Below, piece after piece: positions 1 to 8,134 of a stretch of 64,000 bases of DNA. The notes beneath the pieces are model-generated. The model was given only the letters and a program-made list of their open reading frames with translations. It searched no databases and was not told the DNA's origin. The translations under genes and the position numbers were made by a program. The stretch comes from a virus. The stretch lies in the IMG/VR virus record IMGVR_UViG_3300017605_001118, positions 3,332 through 67,331 of that record. One strand, given 5' to 3'. The first letter of the stretch is position 1. Each line of letters starts with the position of its first letter.

Positions 1-1
1 C

Positions 2-130
2 CTGGAGTCGTTCCACTACTTCGACGGCTCGTTCGCGGCGAACGCCGACTACGGCATCCTGCCTTGGACCACGCTGGAGCTGCTGGTGCAGGGAGACAAC
101 GAGATCCTGTGGAGAGGGACACCCCGGTGA
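2..130 (+). CDS. C-terminal fragment of a gene running in from the left edge (possibly a SAM-dependent methyltransferase)
   Basis: Open frame LESFHYFDGSFAANADYGILPWTT...GTPR ending at TGA 128-130, overlapping the next GTG start (GTGA coupling). Function is a guess. Confidence 0.45.
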   Translation: MESFHYFDGSFAANADYGILPWTTLELLVQGDNEILWRGTPR

Positions 131-567
131 GCGTCCGGGATCAGCTCTTTAACGACCTCTGGGACATGCGCACGCCGCAGCAGAAGAACGCGCTCATCGA
201 CGCCTACCGGGATGAGGTGGCGTTGGGAATCGGACGCGACGTGATGGAGGACGGTTTGGTTCCGACCCTGACGCGGCTGGTCGGAGTAATGAATGCCGCG
301 AAGCTGATGGCCGACACCGTAGGTCTCCTCGGTCCCCGGGACGAACCCCGGATTCATTCCGGGCTGACGGATGTCCTCCCTGACAACCATCCGCTGCGGA
401 ACCGGCACACGTACTGCGATCGGGACAAGTGCCGTGAGCTGCTGCACTGCTGCATCAACGAGAACATGCAGACGTGGGTGGAAGCGCACCGCGGCAACTA
501 CTGCCTGCCGTGCTTCGCCAAACTGGACGCCGACGATGGCAGCGACGCATGGGGAGTGCCGCAGTGA
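127..567 (+). CDS. hypothetical protein with Cys-rich C-terminus; N-terminus resembles small paralogs at 60.1-61.0 kb
   Basis: GTG at 127 coupled to upstream stop; SVRDQLF...ALIDAY resembles SARDDLF...ALIDAY (60101-60352); CxxxxC and CxxC motifs. Confidence 0.7.
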   Translation: MSVRDQLFNDLWDMRTPQQKNALIDAYRDEVALGIGRDVMEDGLVPTLTRLVGVMNAAKLMADTVGLLGPRDEPRIHSGLTDVLPDNHPLRNRHTYCDRDKCRELLHCCINENMQTWVEAHRGNYCLPCFAKLDADDGSDAWGVPQ

Positions 568-1142
568 CCGAACCCCTCGTCACCCTGGTAACGCCTTTCC
601 ATGCGGCCCGCGCGGCCAGTGGTCTGTTGGAGCGTGCGGCGGCCTCGGTGCGGGCGCAGACGGTTCCGGTGAAGCACATCATGGTTGAGGACACCGAACG
701 GCAAGGTGCGGCAGCGACACGGCAACGCGGCCTGGACATGGTGGAGACGCCGTGGACGGCGTTCCTGGACTCCGACGACACGATGGACCCGGACCACATC
801 GAACATCTGCTGCGCTGCGCGGAGGAGACCGGGGCGGACTACGTGTACCCCTGGTTCCGGGTGGTCGGGGGTACGGATCCGTTCCCGATGTTCTTCGGGA
901 AGCCGTGGGACAACGCGGCTCCGAACTCCACCACGATCACGATTTTGGTGAAGACAGAACTGGCCAAATCGGTTGGCTTCACCCGGGACCCTACGGTGCA
1001 AGTGTCCGGTGAGGACTTCCTGTTCACCCTCGGGTGCGTCGCGGCCGGCGCGAAGATCGTCCACCTGCCGCGTAGAAGCTGGGACTGGTTTCATGATCCA
1101 AAAATTAATTCCTCCGGGTTGCCGGGGCGAGGGGACGCGTGA
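564..1142 (+). CDS. glycosyltransferase family 2 (GT-A fold)
   Basis: VTLVTPFH start, SVRAQT, G-AATRQRG, AFLDSDD (DxD), GEDF motif; GTG 564 overlaps upstream stop. Confidence 0.85.
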   Translation: MTEPLVTLVTPFHAARAASGLLERAAASVRAQTVPVKHIMVEDTERQGAAATRQRGLDMVETPWTAFLDSDDTMDPDHIEHLLRCAEETGADYVYPWFRVVGGTDPFPMFFGKPWDNAAPNSTTITILVKTELAKSVGFTRDPTVQVSGEDFLFTLGCVAAGAKIVHLPRRSWDWFHDPKINSSGLPGRGDA

Positions 1143-1180
1143 GTTAATTAAATCGTCCAGGAACCGAGGGAAGGAACGCA

Positions 1181-1354
1181 GTGACCCCCGAATCAGTAGC
1201 GATCGTGCACGCGTCCGTGAGGTGCCCCCTGTGCGAGGAATCTGTCGATCTCGTCGTGGCCTTCCTGTTGCCCGGTGCGGACACGGCGGGCAAGTGGACC
1301 GCTGAAGTCGAGGACGGCTACCTCCGCCAGCACATGGATGCGGAGCACAACTAG
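1181..1354 (+). CDS. small zinc-finger-like protein (57 aa; not in ORF track)
   Basis: AAGGA RBS, GTG 1181; RCPLC...HMDAEH; TAG overlaps terminase GTG. Confidence 0.6.
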   Translation: MTPESVAIVHASVRCPLCEESVDLVVAFLLPGADTAGKWTAEVEDGYLRQHMDAEHN

Positions 1355-2715
1355 TGCACCCGGACGCCATTGAGATCCGGCGCCACGCAGCCGCTCTGCT
1401 TGCGGCACGTGTTAGCGCTCCGGCTCAATGGCGTCCGCTGCCGCATCAGGTACCTCCCCCCGGCGACTTCTACGGCTGGCTTCTGCTGGCCGGCCGAGGC
1501 GCCGGGAAAACGGATGCCTGTGCCGAGTACGTGAAACAACACGTGGCCGGACCTCCGTGCCTTCCCGGGTCAGCCCCCCATTGGATCAACATCGTGGCGC
1601 CAACTCTCGGCGATGCGGTCACTGCATGTGTGATCGGCCCCTCGGGAATCAAAGCCCACGATTCAACGGCCAAAGGGCCGATCGTTACTCCGGGCGGGAC
1701 TGTGGTCAGGTGGCCGAACGGGTCCCAGGCCAAGCTGTTCGGAACTGATACGGGGGACCCCGGGGACGTGGCCCGTCTCCGTGCCGGCGGAAATTCCTGC
1801 CTCACTTGGTGTGAGGAGTTGGCTGCGTGGCGTTACCTTGACGCAGCTTGGGATCAGATTCGATTCGGCCTGCGTTCAGGTCCGCGCCCCCATTGGATCG
1901 CGTCGACCACTCCCAAGCCAAGAACCCTGATCAAAAAGCTGGCCGCGGGCGGCATCGCCAATGTCGTCAGGACACACGCTACGACGTACGACAATCCGCA
2001 TCTTCCACAGCACATCAAGGAAGCCCTGGAAGACAGCTACGGCGGCACGCAGATCGGCGCCCAGGAACTGTACGGCCGACTGCTGGAAGAGGACGAGAAT
2101 GCCCTCTGGAAGCGCGAGCACATCGAAGCCGCGCGGGTCCTCCCCGACGAGGTGCCGGACCTTATCCGGGTCACGGTCGGCGTTGACCCTTCCGGCGGCG
2201 CCGGAGAACAGGGCATCGTCGTCGCCGGCAAGTCCGGCCTCATCGTCCCCGAAGGCGGGGGCCGCGGACTGCACCACGGATACGTCCTCGCTGACGAGAC
2301 CGTGCACCTGCCGCCGGACGGCTGGGGGCGCCGTGCGGTACAGGCGGCCGTCGACTGGGACGCGGATTCCGTGACGGTTGAAACTAACTACGGCGGGGCG
2401 ATGGCCGTGGCGGTCATTGCCGCCGCAGCCCAGAAGCTGGGCGTCAATATCCCCATCCGCACGGTTACGGCGACACGGGGCAAAACCGTCCGTGCGCAAC
2501 CCGTCGCGGCCCTCACGGCGCAAGGCCGTTGGCATCATGCGGGCGTTTTCGAACAGCTTGAGACGCAGATGTGCACCTGGTACGCAGAGATCGGCTGGTC
2601 ACCGGACCGTGTGGACGCGGCCACCTGGACCGCATGGTCTATGAAACTAGTTGGCACCACGGTCTCCGGACAAGGCCGCTTCGGCGGAGCGTTGGCCGGG
2701 CGGAAGATCGGCTGA
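1354..2715 (+). CDS. terL: terminase large subunit
   Basis: AGRGAGKT Walker A, WCEE Walker B, STTP motif III, TYDNPHL, GVDP nuclease, SPDRVDA C-terminal motif. Confidence 0.92.
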   Translation: MHPDAIEIRRHAAALLAARVSAPAQWRPLPHQVPPPGDFYGWLLLAGRGAGKTDACAEYVKQHVAGPPCLPGSAPHWINIVAPTLGDAVTACVIGPSGIKAHDSTAKGPIVTPGGTVVRWPNGSQAKLFGTDTGDPGDVARLRAGGNSCLTWCEELAAWRYLDAAWDQIRFGLRSGPRPHWIASTTPKPRTLIKKLAAGGIANVVRTHATTYDNPHLPQHIKEALEDSYGGTQIGAQELYGRLLEEDENALWKREHIEAARVLPDEVPDLIRVTVGVDPSGGAGEQGIVVAGKSGLIVPEGGGRGLHHGYVLADETVHLPPDGWGRRAVQAAVDWDADSVTVETNYGGAMAVAVIAAAAQKLGVNIPIRTVTATRGKTVRAQPVAALTAQGRWHHAGVFEQLETQMCTWYAEIGWSPDRVDAATWTAWSMKLVGTTVSGQGRFGGALAGRKIG

Positions 2716-2762
2716 CGCCGCCTTCGGATCGGGTAAACCCGCCCCTGGATCGGTTGAACGAT

Positions 2763-2792
2763 GAAGGCCCCGCAGCCGGATGCTGCGGGGCC
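2763..2792. terminator. GC-rich hairpin between convergent genes
   Basis: AGGCCCCGCAGC-cggat-GCTGCGGGGCCT; same stem as 11257-11288. Confidence 0.7.
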
Positions 2793-2807
2793 TCTCTGGG
2801 TTCGGGG

Positions 2808-3116
2808 TTACTCACCCCTTCGGGGCCGCAGGGCTGCCTCGAACCCGGACGGGTCCCCGGTGCGCCACTTCTGGACGCCGGCCATCGTCCAGTCGAACGG
2901 GTTCATGGGACCGATCTTGTCGGCTTCCTCGCGCGCCGCCTTACGGGTGGGGAAGCCGTCCTTGACCCGGAGCCCCTCGGCGTTGGCAATCTGCCAAACT
3001 CTTCCGAACTTCCACACGTACAGCTCGTGCTCGTTGACGGATGCGTCGACGATCTCTTCGGTGCCGTCGGCGCTGTTGTCCCGGTGAATCATCAGCCGCG
3101 TCTTCGTCCAGGTCAT
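2808..3116 (-). CDS. hypothetical protein
   Basis: ATG with GGGAG RBS; natural-looking 102 aa ORF. Confidence 0.7.
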   Translation of the reverse strand: MTWTKTRLMIHRDNSADGTEEIVDASVNEHELYVWKFGRVWQIANAEGLRVKDGFPTRKAAREEADKIGPMNPFDWTMAGVQKWRTGDPSGFEAALRPRRGE

Positions 3117-3135
3117 TCGTTTCTCCCAGTCGGTG

Positions 3136-3167
3136 AAGCCCGGCCCTGGGTCCCAGGGCCGGGCTTC
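3136..3167. terminator. hairpin downstream of 3172-3576
   Basis: GAAGCCCGGCCCTGGG-t-CCCAGGGCCGGGCTTC perfect inverted repeat. Confidence 0.7.
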
Positions 3168-3171
3168 GTGG

Positions 3172-3576
3172 TTATCGGTGGTCGTAGCGGAAGTTTGCTG
3201 CCATGCAAGCCCGGACGCCTTCGGAGCAGTCGTAGATCTCGCGCTTCAGCCAGCTCAGGCCCTCGTCGGCGTCGATGGTTTCGGCGACGTCCGGGAACGC
3301 GGCGGCGAAGTGAGCCCAGTTGGCCGTGCGCTCAATCATCTTGGCTTCGAACCAGAGAAGGCTCTGGGCTTCCTTGAGCGCCAGCGTCCATCCGGTGACC
3401 TTCTTACAGCAGGTGCGGCCCACGGTCATCGTCTTGCCGGTCACGTCGTTGTGGACCGTGTAGACGTGCTTCAGGGTCCGGTCGCAGTGTTCGCAGATCC
3501 CGCCCGTGTGGCCGATGCCCTTGAGGCTCCAGTCCGAGGTGCCGATCTGAAGGCGGCGTTCGCCGATCTGCGTCAT
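3172..3576 (-). CDS. hypothetical protein (CxxC...H...CC, possible metal binding)
   Basis: GGGAG RBS, directly downstream of repeated promoter 3598-3645. Confidence 0.75.
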   Translation of the reverse strand: MTQIGERRLQIGTSDWSLKGIGHTGGICEHCDRTLKHVYTVHNDVTGKTMTVGRTCCKKVTGWTLALKEAQSLLWFEAKMIERTANWAHFAAAFPDVAETIDADEGLSWLKREIYDCSEGVRACMAANFRYDHR

Positions 3577-3597
3577 GTCTGCTCCCTGGGTTCCTTG

Positions 3598-3645
3598 TTC
3601 CTTGCCTACGACTCAATTAAAGCATGGATTGTCAGTCGATGCAAG
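3598..3645 (-). promoter_or_regulatory. repeated strong sigma70/HrdB-type promoter, copy 1
   Basis: Minus strand TTGCAT-17 bp-TTTAAT with TGn extended -10; near-identical copies at 4153, 36955, 37385, 38062, 38788. Confidence 0.8.
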
Positions 3646-3680
3646 GTGCCCGGCCCTGGGTTCAGGACCGGGCCGGTTTC

Positions 3681-4136
3681 TCAGACCTTGGCGGTGGAGT
3701 TCAGGGCCCGGATAACGGGCAGTCCGAAGCCGTACCCCTCGTCGGCCGGGTCCCAGTCGGTGACGATCTCCACCGGCCACGCGATCCCCGGCAGCGTCAC
3801 GGTGACGGTGACCTCCATGACGGCGTACACCCCGCCGTCCGAGACGGTCCGCTCAACCTGCCGCACCTTCACCGTGCCGCCGTGACGGGTGTACAGCTCG
3901 TCCAGCTCGCGGATGGACCACACGAGACGGCGGACCGGGGTCTCTCCCTCGTCGGGCCGCACGGCGGTGACGTACCGGCCAAGGGCCTTGCGGACGCGAT
4001 CGGCGAGCCGCTGGGAGTGGACTCCGCCGTTGTTGGTCGGGTTGCCGTACTGCGCGTCGTGGCAGTCCTGGGCGCAGCCGGGGCAGCTCGTCGTGAACTG
4101 GCGGCCGGGGTGCTTGGAGCAGGTCTGGATCTTCAT
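3681..4136 (-). CDS. hypothetical protein
   Basis: AAGGA RBS, downstream of promoter copy 2, followed by hairpin 3649-3675. Confidence 0.75.
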   Translation of the reverse strand: MKIQTCSKHPGRQFTTSCPGCAQDCHDAQYGNPTNNGGVHSQRLADRVRKALGRYVTAVRPDEGETPVRRLVWSIRELDELYTRHGGTVKVRQVERTVSDGGVYAVMEVTVTVTLPGIAWPVEIVTDWDPADEGYGFGLPVIRALNSTAKV

Positions 4137-4152
4137 GGGGTTCCTTCCGCAG

Positions 4153-4200
4153 TTCCTTGCCTACAACTCAATTAAAGCATGGATTGTCAGTCGATGCAAG
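4153..4200 (-). promoter_or_regulatory. repeated promoter, copy 2
   Basis: One mismatch relative to 3598-3645. Confidence 0.8.
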
Positions 4201-4239
4201 TTCGCTACCCTCAGTCCAGGACCCAACGGAAGGAACACG

Positions 4240-4581
4240 ATGAAGGTACTCGGACGCGAACCGGCCCTCTGGCTCGGAGTCATCACCGCAGGGCTCGGCC
4301 TCGCGGTCACCCTCGGCTTCGGAGACCTGACCCGAGCCCAGGCGGCAGCCATCGTCGTCACCATCACCGCGATCGGAACCGCGGTCGCAGCGGCCATGAC
4401 CCGACCGGTCGCGCCCGCCGCGTTCACCGGCCTCGTAGCAGCCGGCTTCGACCTGCTCGCCGCGTTCCACTACGACGTCTCTCCCGAAACCATCGGAGCC
4501 GTCAACGCTGCCGTTCTCGCCACCTTGATGCTGCTCACCCGCGGCCAGGTCTCCCCGGTGCCCGCAAGGCTGGACCGTTGA
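4240..4581 (+). CDS. holin-like membrane protein
   Basis: AAGGA RBS, MKVLGREPALW start typical of actinophage holins, about four hydrophobic segments, TRGQVSP end. Confidence 0.7.
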   Translation: MKVLGREPALWLGVITAGLGLAVTLGFGDLTRAQAAAIVVTITAIGTAVAAAMTRPVAPAAFTGLVAAGFDLLAAFHYDVSPETIGAVNAAVLATLMLLTRGQVSPVPARLDR

Positions 4582-5234
4582 GCGTCATCCTCGCCTACGT
4601 CCACCCCGGAACCGTGACACAGATGTTCGCGGACTCCCTGGCCAGGTCCATCGCCCACGACCGGACCCCGCACTTCATCACCGGGACGCTGGCCATCCGT
4701 TTTCGCCCCGCCGGGATCTGCGACGCACGCAACGAAGGTGTGCGCGCCTTCCTCGACACCGACGACGAGTGGCTCTGGTTCGTGGACACGGACATGGGCT
4801 TCGCCCCCGATACACTGCCCCGGCTTCTGGACGCGGCAGACCCGGTAGAACGTCCCGTTGTCGGTGCCCTGTGCTACGGGGTGGAGGAGACCGAACGACG
4901 CGACGGCCTCGGGGGAATGGAGACCCGGACGTTCCCCACGATGTACAGGTGGGACGAGGGGGACAACAGCCTCGTTGAAATGGGGGCCTCCCCGGCAGAC
5001 ACGCTTGTCCAGGTAGAAGCGACCGGCGCAGCCTGCCTGCTGATCCACCGGTCTGCCCTGGGGACCGTCCGCGACAAGCTCGGCCCCACCTGGTTCTACA
5101 CAATCCCCGCCGGCGACGGGGAACCCATCGGGGAGGACCTGTCGTTCTGCCTGCGCCTGGCCGACGTCGGCCTTCCGGTCTATGTCCATACGGGCATCCG
5201 TACCCGGCACCAGAAGACCCAGTGGGTGGGTTGA
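4578..5234 (+). CDS. glycosyltransferase (GT-A fold)
   Basis: TTG coupled to holin stop; ARN, WLWFVDTDM (DxD), TGAACLLIHR, GEDLSFC, H-K terminal motif. Confidence 0.82.
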   Translation: MSVILAYVHPGTVTQMFADSLARSIAHDRTPHFITGTLAIRFRPAGICDARNEGVRAFLDTDDEWLWFVDTDMGFAPDTLPRLLDAADPVERPVVGALCYGVEETERRDGLGGMETRTFPTMYRWDEGDNSLVEMGASPADTLVQVEATGAACLLIHRSALGTVRDKLGPTWFYTIPAGDGEPIGEDLSFCLRLADVGLPVYVHTGIRTRHQKTQWVG

Positions 5235-5235
5235 C

Positions 5236-5616
5236 ATGGACCTTTGGCTCCTGTTGCTCGTAATGTCCTTGGCGACCTACCGCCTCGCGCGTTTGGTCGT
5301 CAAAGACACGTTTCCGCCGGTCCTCTGGGCACGGGACCGACTCGCCGGCGGGTGGCGTCCGCTGACGGAACCGGAGATGGAGAAGGGCCTCAGCGGCGTA
5401 GACGTCGACGGTGTTAAGCAGACCTACGTCCGCCGCGCCAAGTGGTCGCCGTACTGGCTCGCCGAACTGGTCTCCTGTTCGTGGTGCGCGTCGGGATGGA
5501 TCTCCCTGGGCGTCACCGCGGGAACCTGGGGCGCTGTCGGTCTCCCCGTACCGCTGCTGGTCTGGCCGGCTGTCTGGGCCGCGGGATCGCTGCTCGCCGC
5601 GCAGGAATGGGCGTAG
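5236..5616 (+). CDS. DUF1360-like membrane protein
   Basis: LATYRLARLVVKD and AELVSCSWCASGW motifs. Confidence 0.7.
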   Translation: MDLWLLLLVMSLATYRLARLVVKDTFPPVLWARDRLAGGWRPLTEPEMEKGLSGVDVDGVKQTYVRRAKWSPYWLAELVSCSWCASGWISLGVTAGTWGAVGLPVPLLVWPAVWAAGSLLAAQEWA

Positions 5617-5707
5617 GCTAGCTCTGCACTGCCGGAAGCCGACGCACACCAGCGTCGGCTTCCGTGCTTCGAAGCCCCGGTCACGGTGACCGGGGCTTCG
5701 TCGTTGT

Positions 5708-5929
5708 TCAGTGTCCGCAGGGCCATTCGGCGTCACGCAGCGACAGGCACTTGGCACATCTGTGCTGGCCGGGGTCAGGTGCGCGGGGAGGTTCCTGGAA
5801 GCGGAACCCGCAGAGCGCCTGGGAACCGGCAGCCCGGACCGGGTGGCAGAGGTCGCATACGAAATGCACCGGAAGGGGATCTTCGAGGCCGCCGAACATC
5901 AAACCGGCCAGATCTTTCATGGACGTCAC
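5708..5929 (-). CDS. small Cys-rich hypothetical protein
   Basis: ATGA-coupled to HU gene; CxxC pairs. Confidence 0.6.
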   Translation of the reverse strand: MTSMKDLAGLMFGGLEDPLPVHFVCDLCHPVRAAGSQALCGFRFQEPPRAPDPGQHRCAKCLSLRDAEWPCGH

Positions 5930-6252
5930 GACACGGCTCCTTTGGGGAGCTTGCGGATGGTCGCCGTCTCCGGGTCCGCCGCGCGGATGAGTTCCCGCAG
6001 CCGGTCCGACTGGATGAAGCTCATCTCCTGCCGTGCGGGGACGGTTATCGGGTCACCGTTGCGCGGGTCCCGGGCGGTGCGCTCGGGACGCTGTACCGGG
6101 AGCCACGTGCCGAAATTGGTCACGCGGACTGTTTCCCCGCCCGCGACGGTACGCGCGATGGCGTCAAGGACGGCTTCCACGGCGAGGAGTCCGTCTTCCT
6201 TGGAGCAGCCGAGATCATCGGCCACGGCTTCGCCTAGCTGAGTCTTGTTCAT
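5926..6252 (-). CDS. hup: HU/IHF-family histone-like DNA-binding protein
   Basis: MNKTQL...V.VTNFGTW....RPERTARDPRNG.PI.VPA; start placed at ATG 6252, 6 nt after a TATCAT -10. Confidence 0.9.
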   Translation of the reverse strand: MNKTQLGEAVADDLGCSKEDGLLAVEAVLDAIARTVAGGETVRVTNFGTWLPVQRPERTARDPRNGDPITVPARQEMSFIQSDRLRELIRAADPETATIRKLPKGAVS

Positions 6253-6376
6253 GGGGTCATGATACGCCAACACCCGCTGCCGTACTACGGGTTGAGGCCC
6301 GGGGTTATCGCATCCCCCGGGACGAACCGGACAGGTGACGGTTCGGCGCTACCCTGAGCGGGAACGGAGGTGGGCC

Positions 6377-8134
6377 GTGCCCTGGTACAACGCCTTCGGC
6401 CTGGGGCGGCGCTCCCCGGTCGACGTGAGCATGACCGCGCGGACCGAGGCGTTCGCCGCGCAGCAGGTACGGGGCCCGGACACGAAGTTCCTGCCGAAGA
6501 CGCAGAGCTGGCAGGAAGAGGTCTGGGGCTTCTACGACACGCTGGGCGAGTTCAACTACGCCGTGACGTGGCTCAGCAACATGATCTCCCGTGTCCGTCT
6601 CCGGGCCGCGGAGCTGAAGCCGGGGCAGGACGAGCCGACGATCGTGGACAGCGGCCCGGCCGCAGACCTCATGGACCGCCTTGCCGGCGGTGTCCCGGGG
6701 CAGTCGCAGATGATGGCCGCCCTGTCGGTGCAGTTGTCCGCACCGGGGGAGGGGTTCCTGATCGGCGAGGTGACGGGCCGGGCGGAGGACTGGACCGTAC
6801 GCTCCATTGATGAGGTGCGGGTGCAGTCGGGGAAGTACCAGGTGGTGGATTCCCGACTGCCGGGTATCGAGTGGCGGGATCTGAGTCCGGACTCGCTGGT
6901 GACCCGGGTGTGGCGGCAGCACAAGCGGTACTACCACCTGGCGGACTCCTCGGCCCGGTCGGCGCTGCCCACCATGAAGGAACTGGAGCTGGTCAACCGG
7001 CACATCGTCGCCCAGTACCTCTCCCGCTTGGCCTCCGCAGGCATCGTGATCCTTCCGGACGAAGTCCAGTTCCCCGTCCGGGAGGAGTTCGAGGACTCCG
7101 TCGACCCGTTCATGTCGGAGTGGGTCGAGATCGCTGCCGAGGCGATCCGGCAGCCGGGTACGGCTTCAGCTGTTATCCCGATGCCGATGCGCATGCCTGC
7201 CGAGTTCATCGGCAAAGTGCAGCATCTCGACTTCACGATGAGGATCGATGACAAGATCCTTGAGAAGCGTGAGTCCGCGATCAAGCGGCTTGCCACCCAG
7301 GTCAACATCCCCGCCGAAGTTCTCCTCGGCATGGGGGACGTCAACCACTGGGGCGCGTGGCAGCTCGAAGAAGGGGCCGTCAAAGCCAACGTCGTCCCCG
7401 ACGTGGAACTGATCTGTGACGCCCTGACCAAGGGATACCTTCAGCCGCGTCTCTCCGCGTCCGGTGAGTCGGACACCTCGAAATGGGTTGTCTGGTACGA
7501 CACGTCCGAGCTGACGCTCCGCCCGGACCGCACGGACAACGCAGTGCAGCTCTACGACCGGCTTGAACTGTCCGGCGCAGCCCTCCGCCGCGAGGGCGGC
7601 TTCAATGAGGACGACAAGCCGACTGACGGAGAGTTGAAGGAGCAGGGGCTCAAGGTCATCATCAACTCGCTGCCGTCTGGTGCGTCCAGCGCCCTCGCGC
7701 AACTTGTCGGTGAGGAAGCTGTGGACGTGGTCGTCCCGATCTCCGCTCAATCTCCGGAGGAGGCCGAAGCCGCCCCGGCACCCGCTGAAGAGCCGTCCCC
7801 AGCACAAGGTCCCCCAGAGCCTCCGAAGGAAACGGCAACGGCAACCCGCCAGGAACGCCTTCTCCGCCAATCCCGGCTCACCCATGCGGTGCGTCTCGGA
7901 CCGGGGAAAGCGTGGGAGCTGCTGCACCCGCAGGGTTGCGCGGGCCACGCGTACTCGTGTCCGTTCACCCATGCGACGTGGAACCTGTCCGATCGGGCGA
8001 GGCCCGGAACGTCCGGTGTCTATGAGTGCCGGCTCGACGCCTTCGGCGCCCCCGTCATCGGACCTCGGGCCCCGCACCTGGACACGACGGACTTCCTGAC
8101 CACGGTGGGGGGCAGCTATGTCCGTACGCGGTGA
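6377..8134 (+). CDS. portal protein
   Basis: Position after terminase; GGAGG RBS before GTG 6377; PAEVLLGMGDVNHWGAWQLEE motif of actinophage portals. Confidence 0.85.
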   Translation: MPWYNAFGLGRRSPVDVSMTARTEAFAAQQVRGPDTKFLPKTQSWQEEVWGFYDTLGEFNYAVTWLSNMISRVRLRAAELKPGQDEPTIVDSGPAADLMDRLAGGVPGQSQMMAALSVQLSAPGEGFLIGEVTGRAEDWTVRSIDEVRVQSGKYQVVDSRLPGIEWRDLSPDSLVTRVWRQHKRYYHLADSSARSALPTMKELELVNRHIVAQYLSRLASAGIVILPDEVQFPVREEFEDSVDPFMSEWVEIAAEAIRQPGTASAVIPMPMRMPAEFIGKVQHLDFTMRIDDKILEKRESAIKRLATQVNIPAEVLLGMGDVNHWGAWQLEEGAVKANVVPDVELICDALTKGYLQPRLSASGESDTSKWVVWYDTSELTLRPDRTDNAVQLYDRLELSGAALRREGGFNEDDKPTDGELKEQGLKVIINSLPSGASSALAQLVGEEAVDVVVPISAQSPEEAEAAPAPAEEPSPAQGPPEPPKETATATRQERLLRQSRLTHAVRLGPGKAWELLHPQGCAGHAYSCPFTHATWNLSDRARPGTSGVYECRLDAFGAPVIGPRAPHLDTTDFLTTVGGSYVRTR

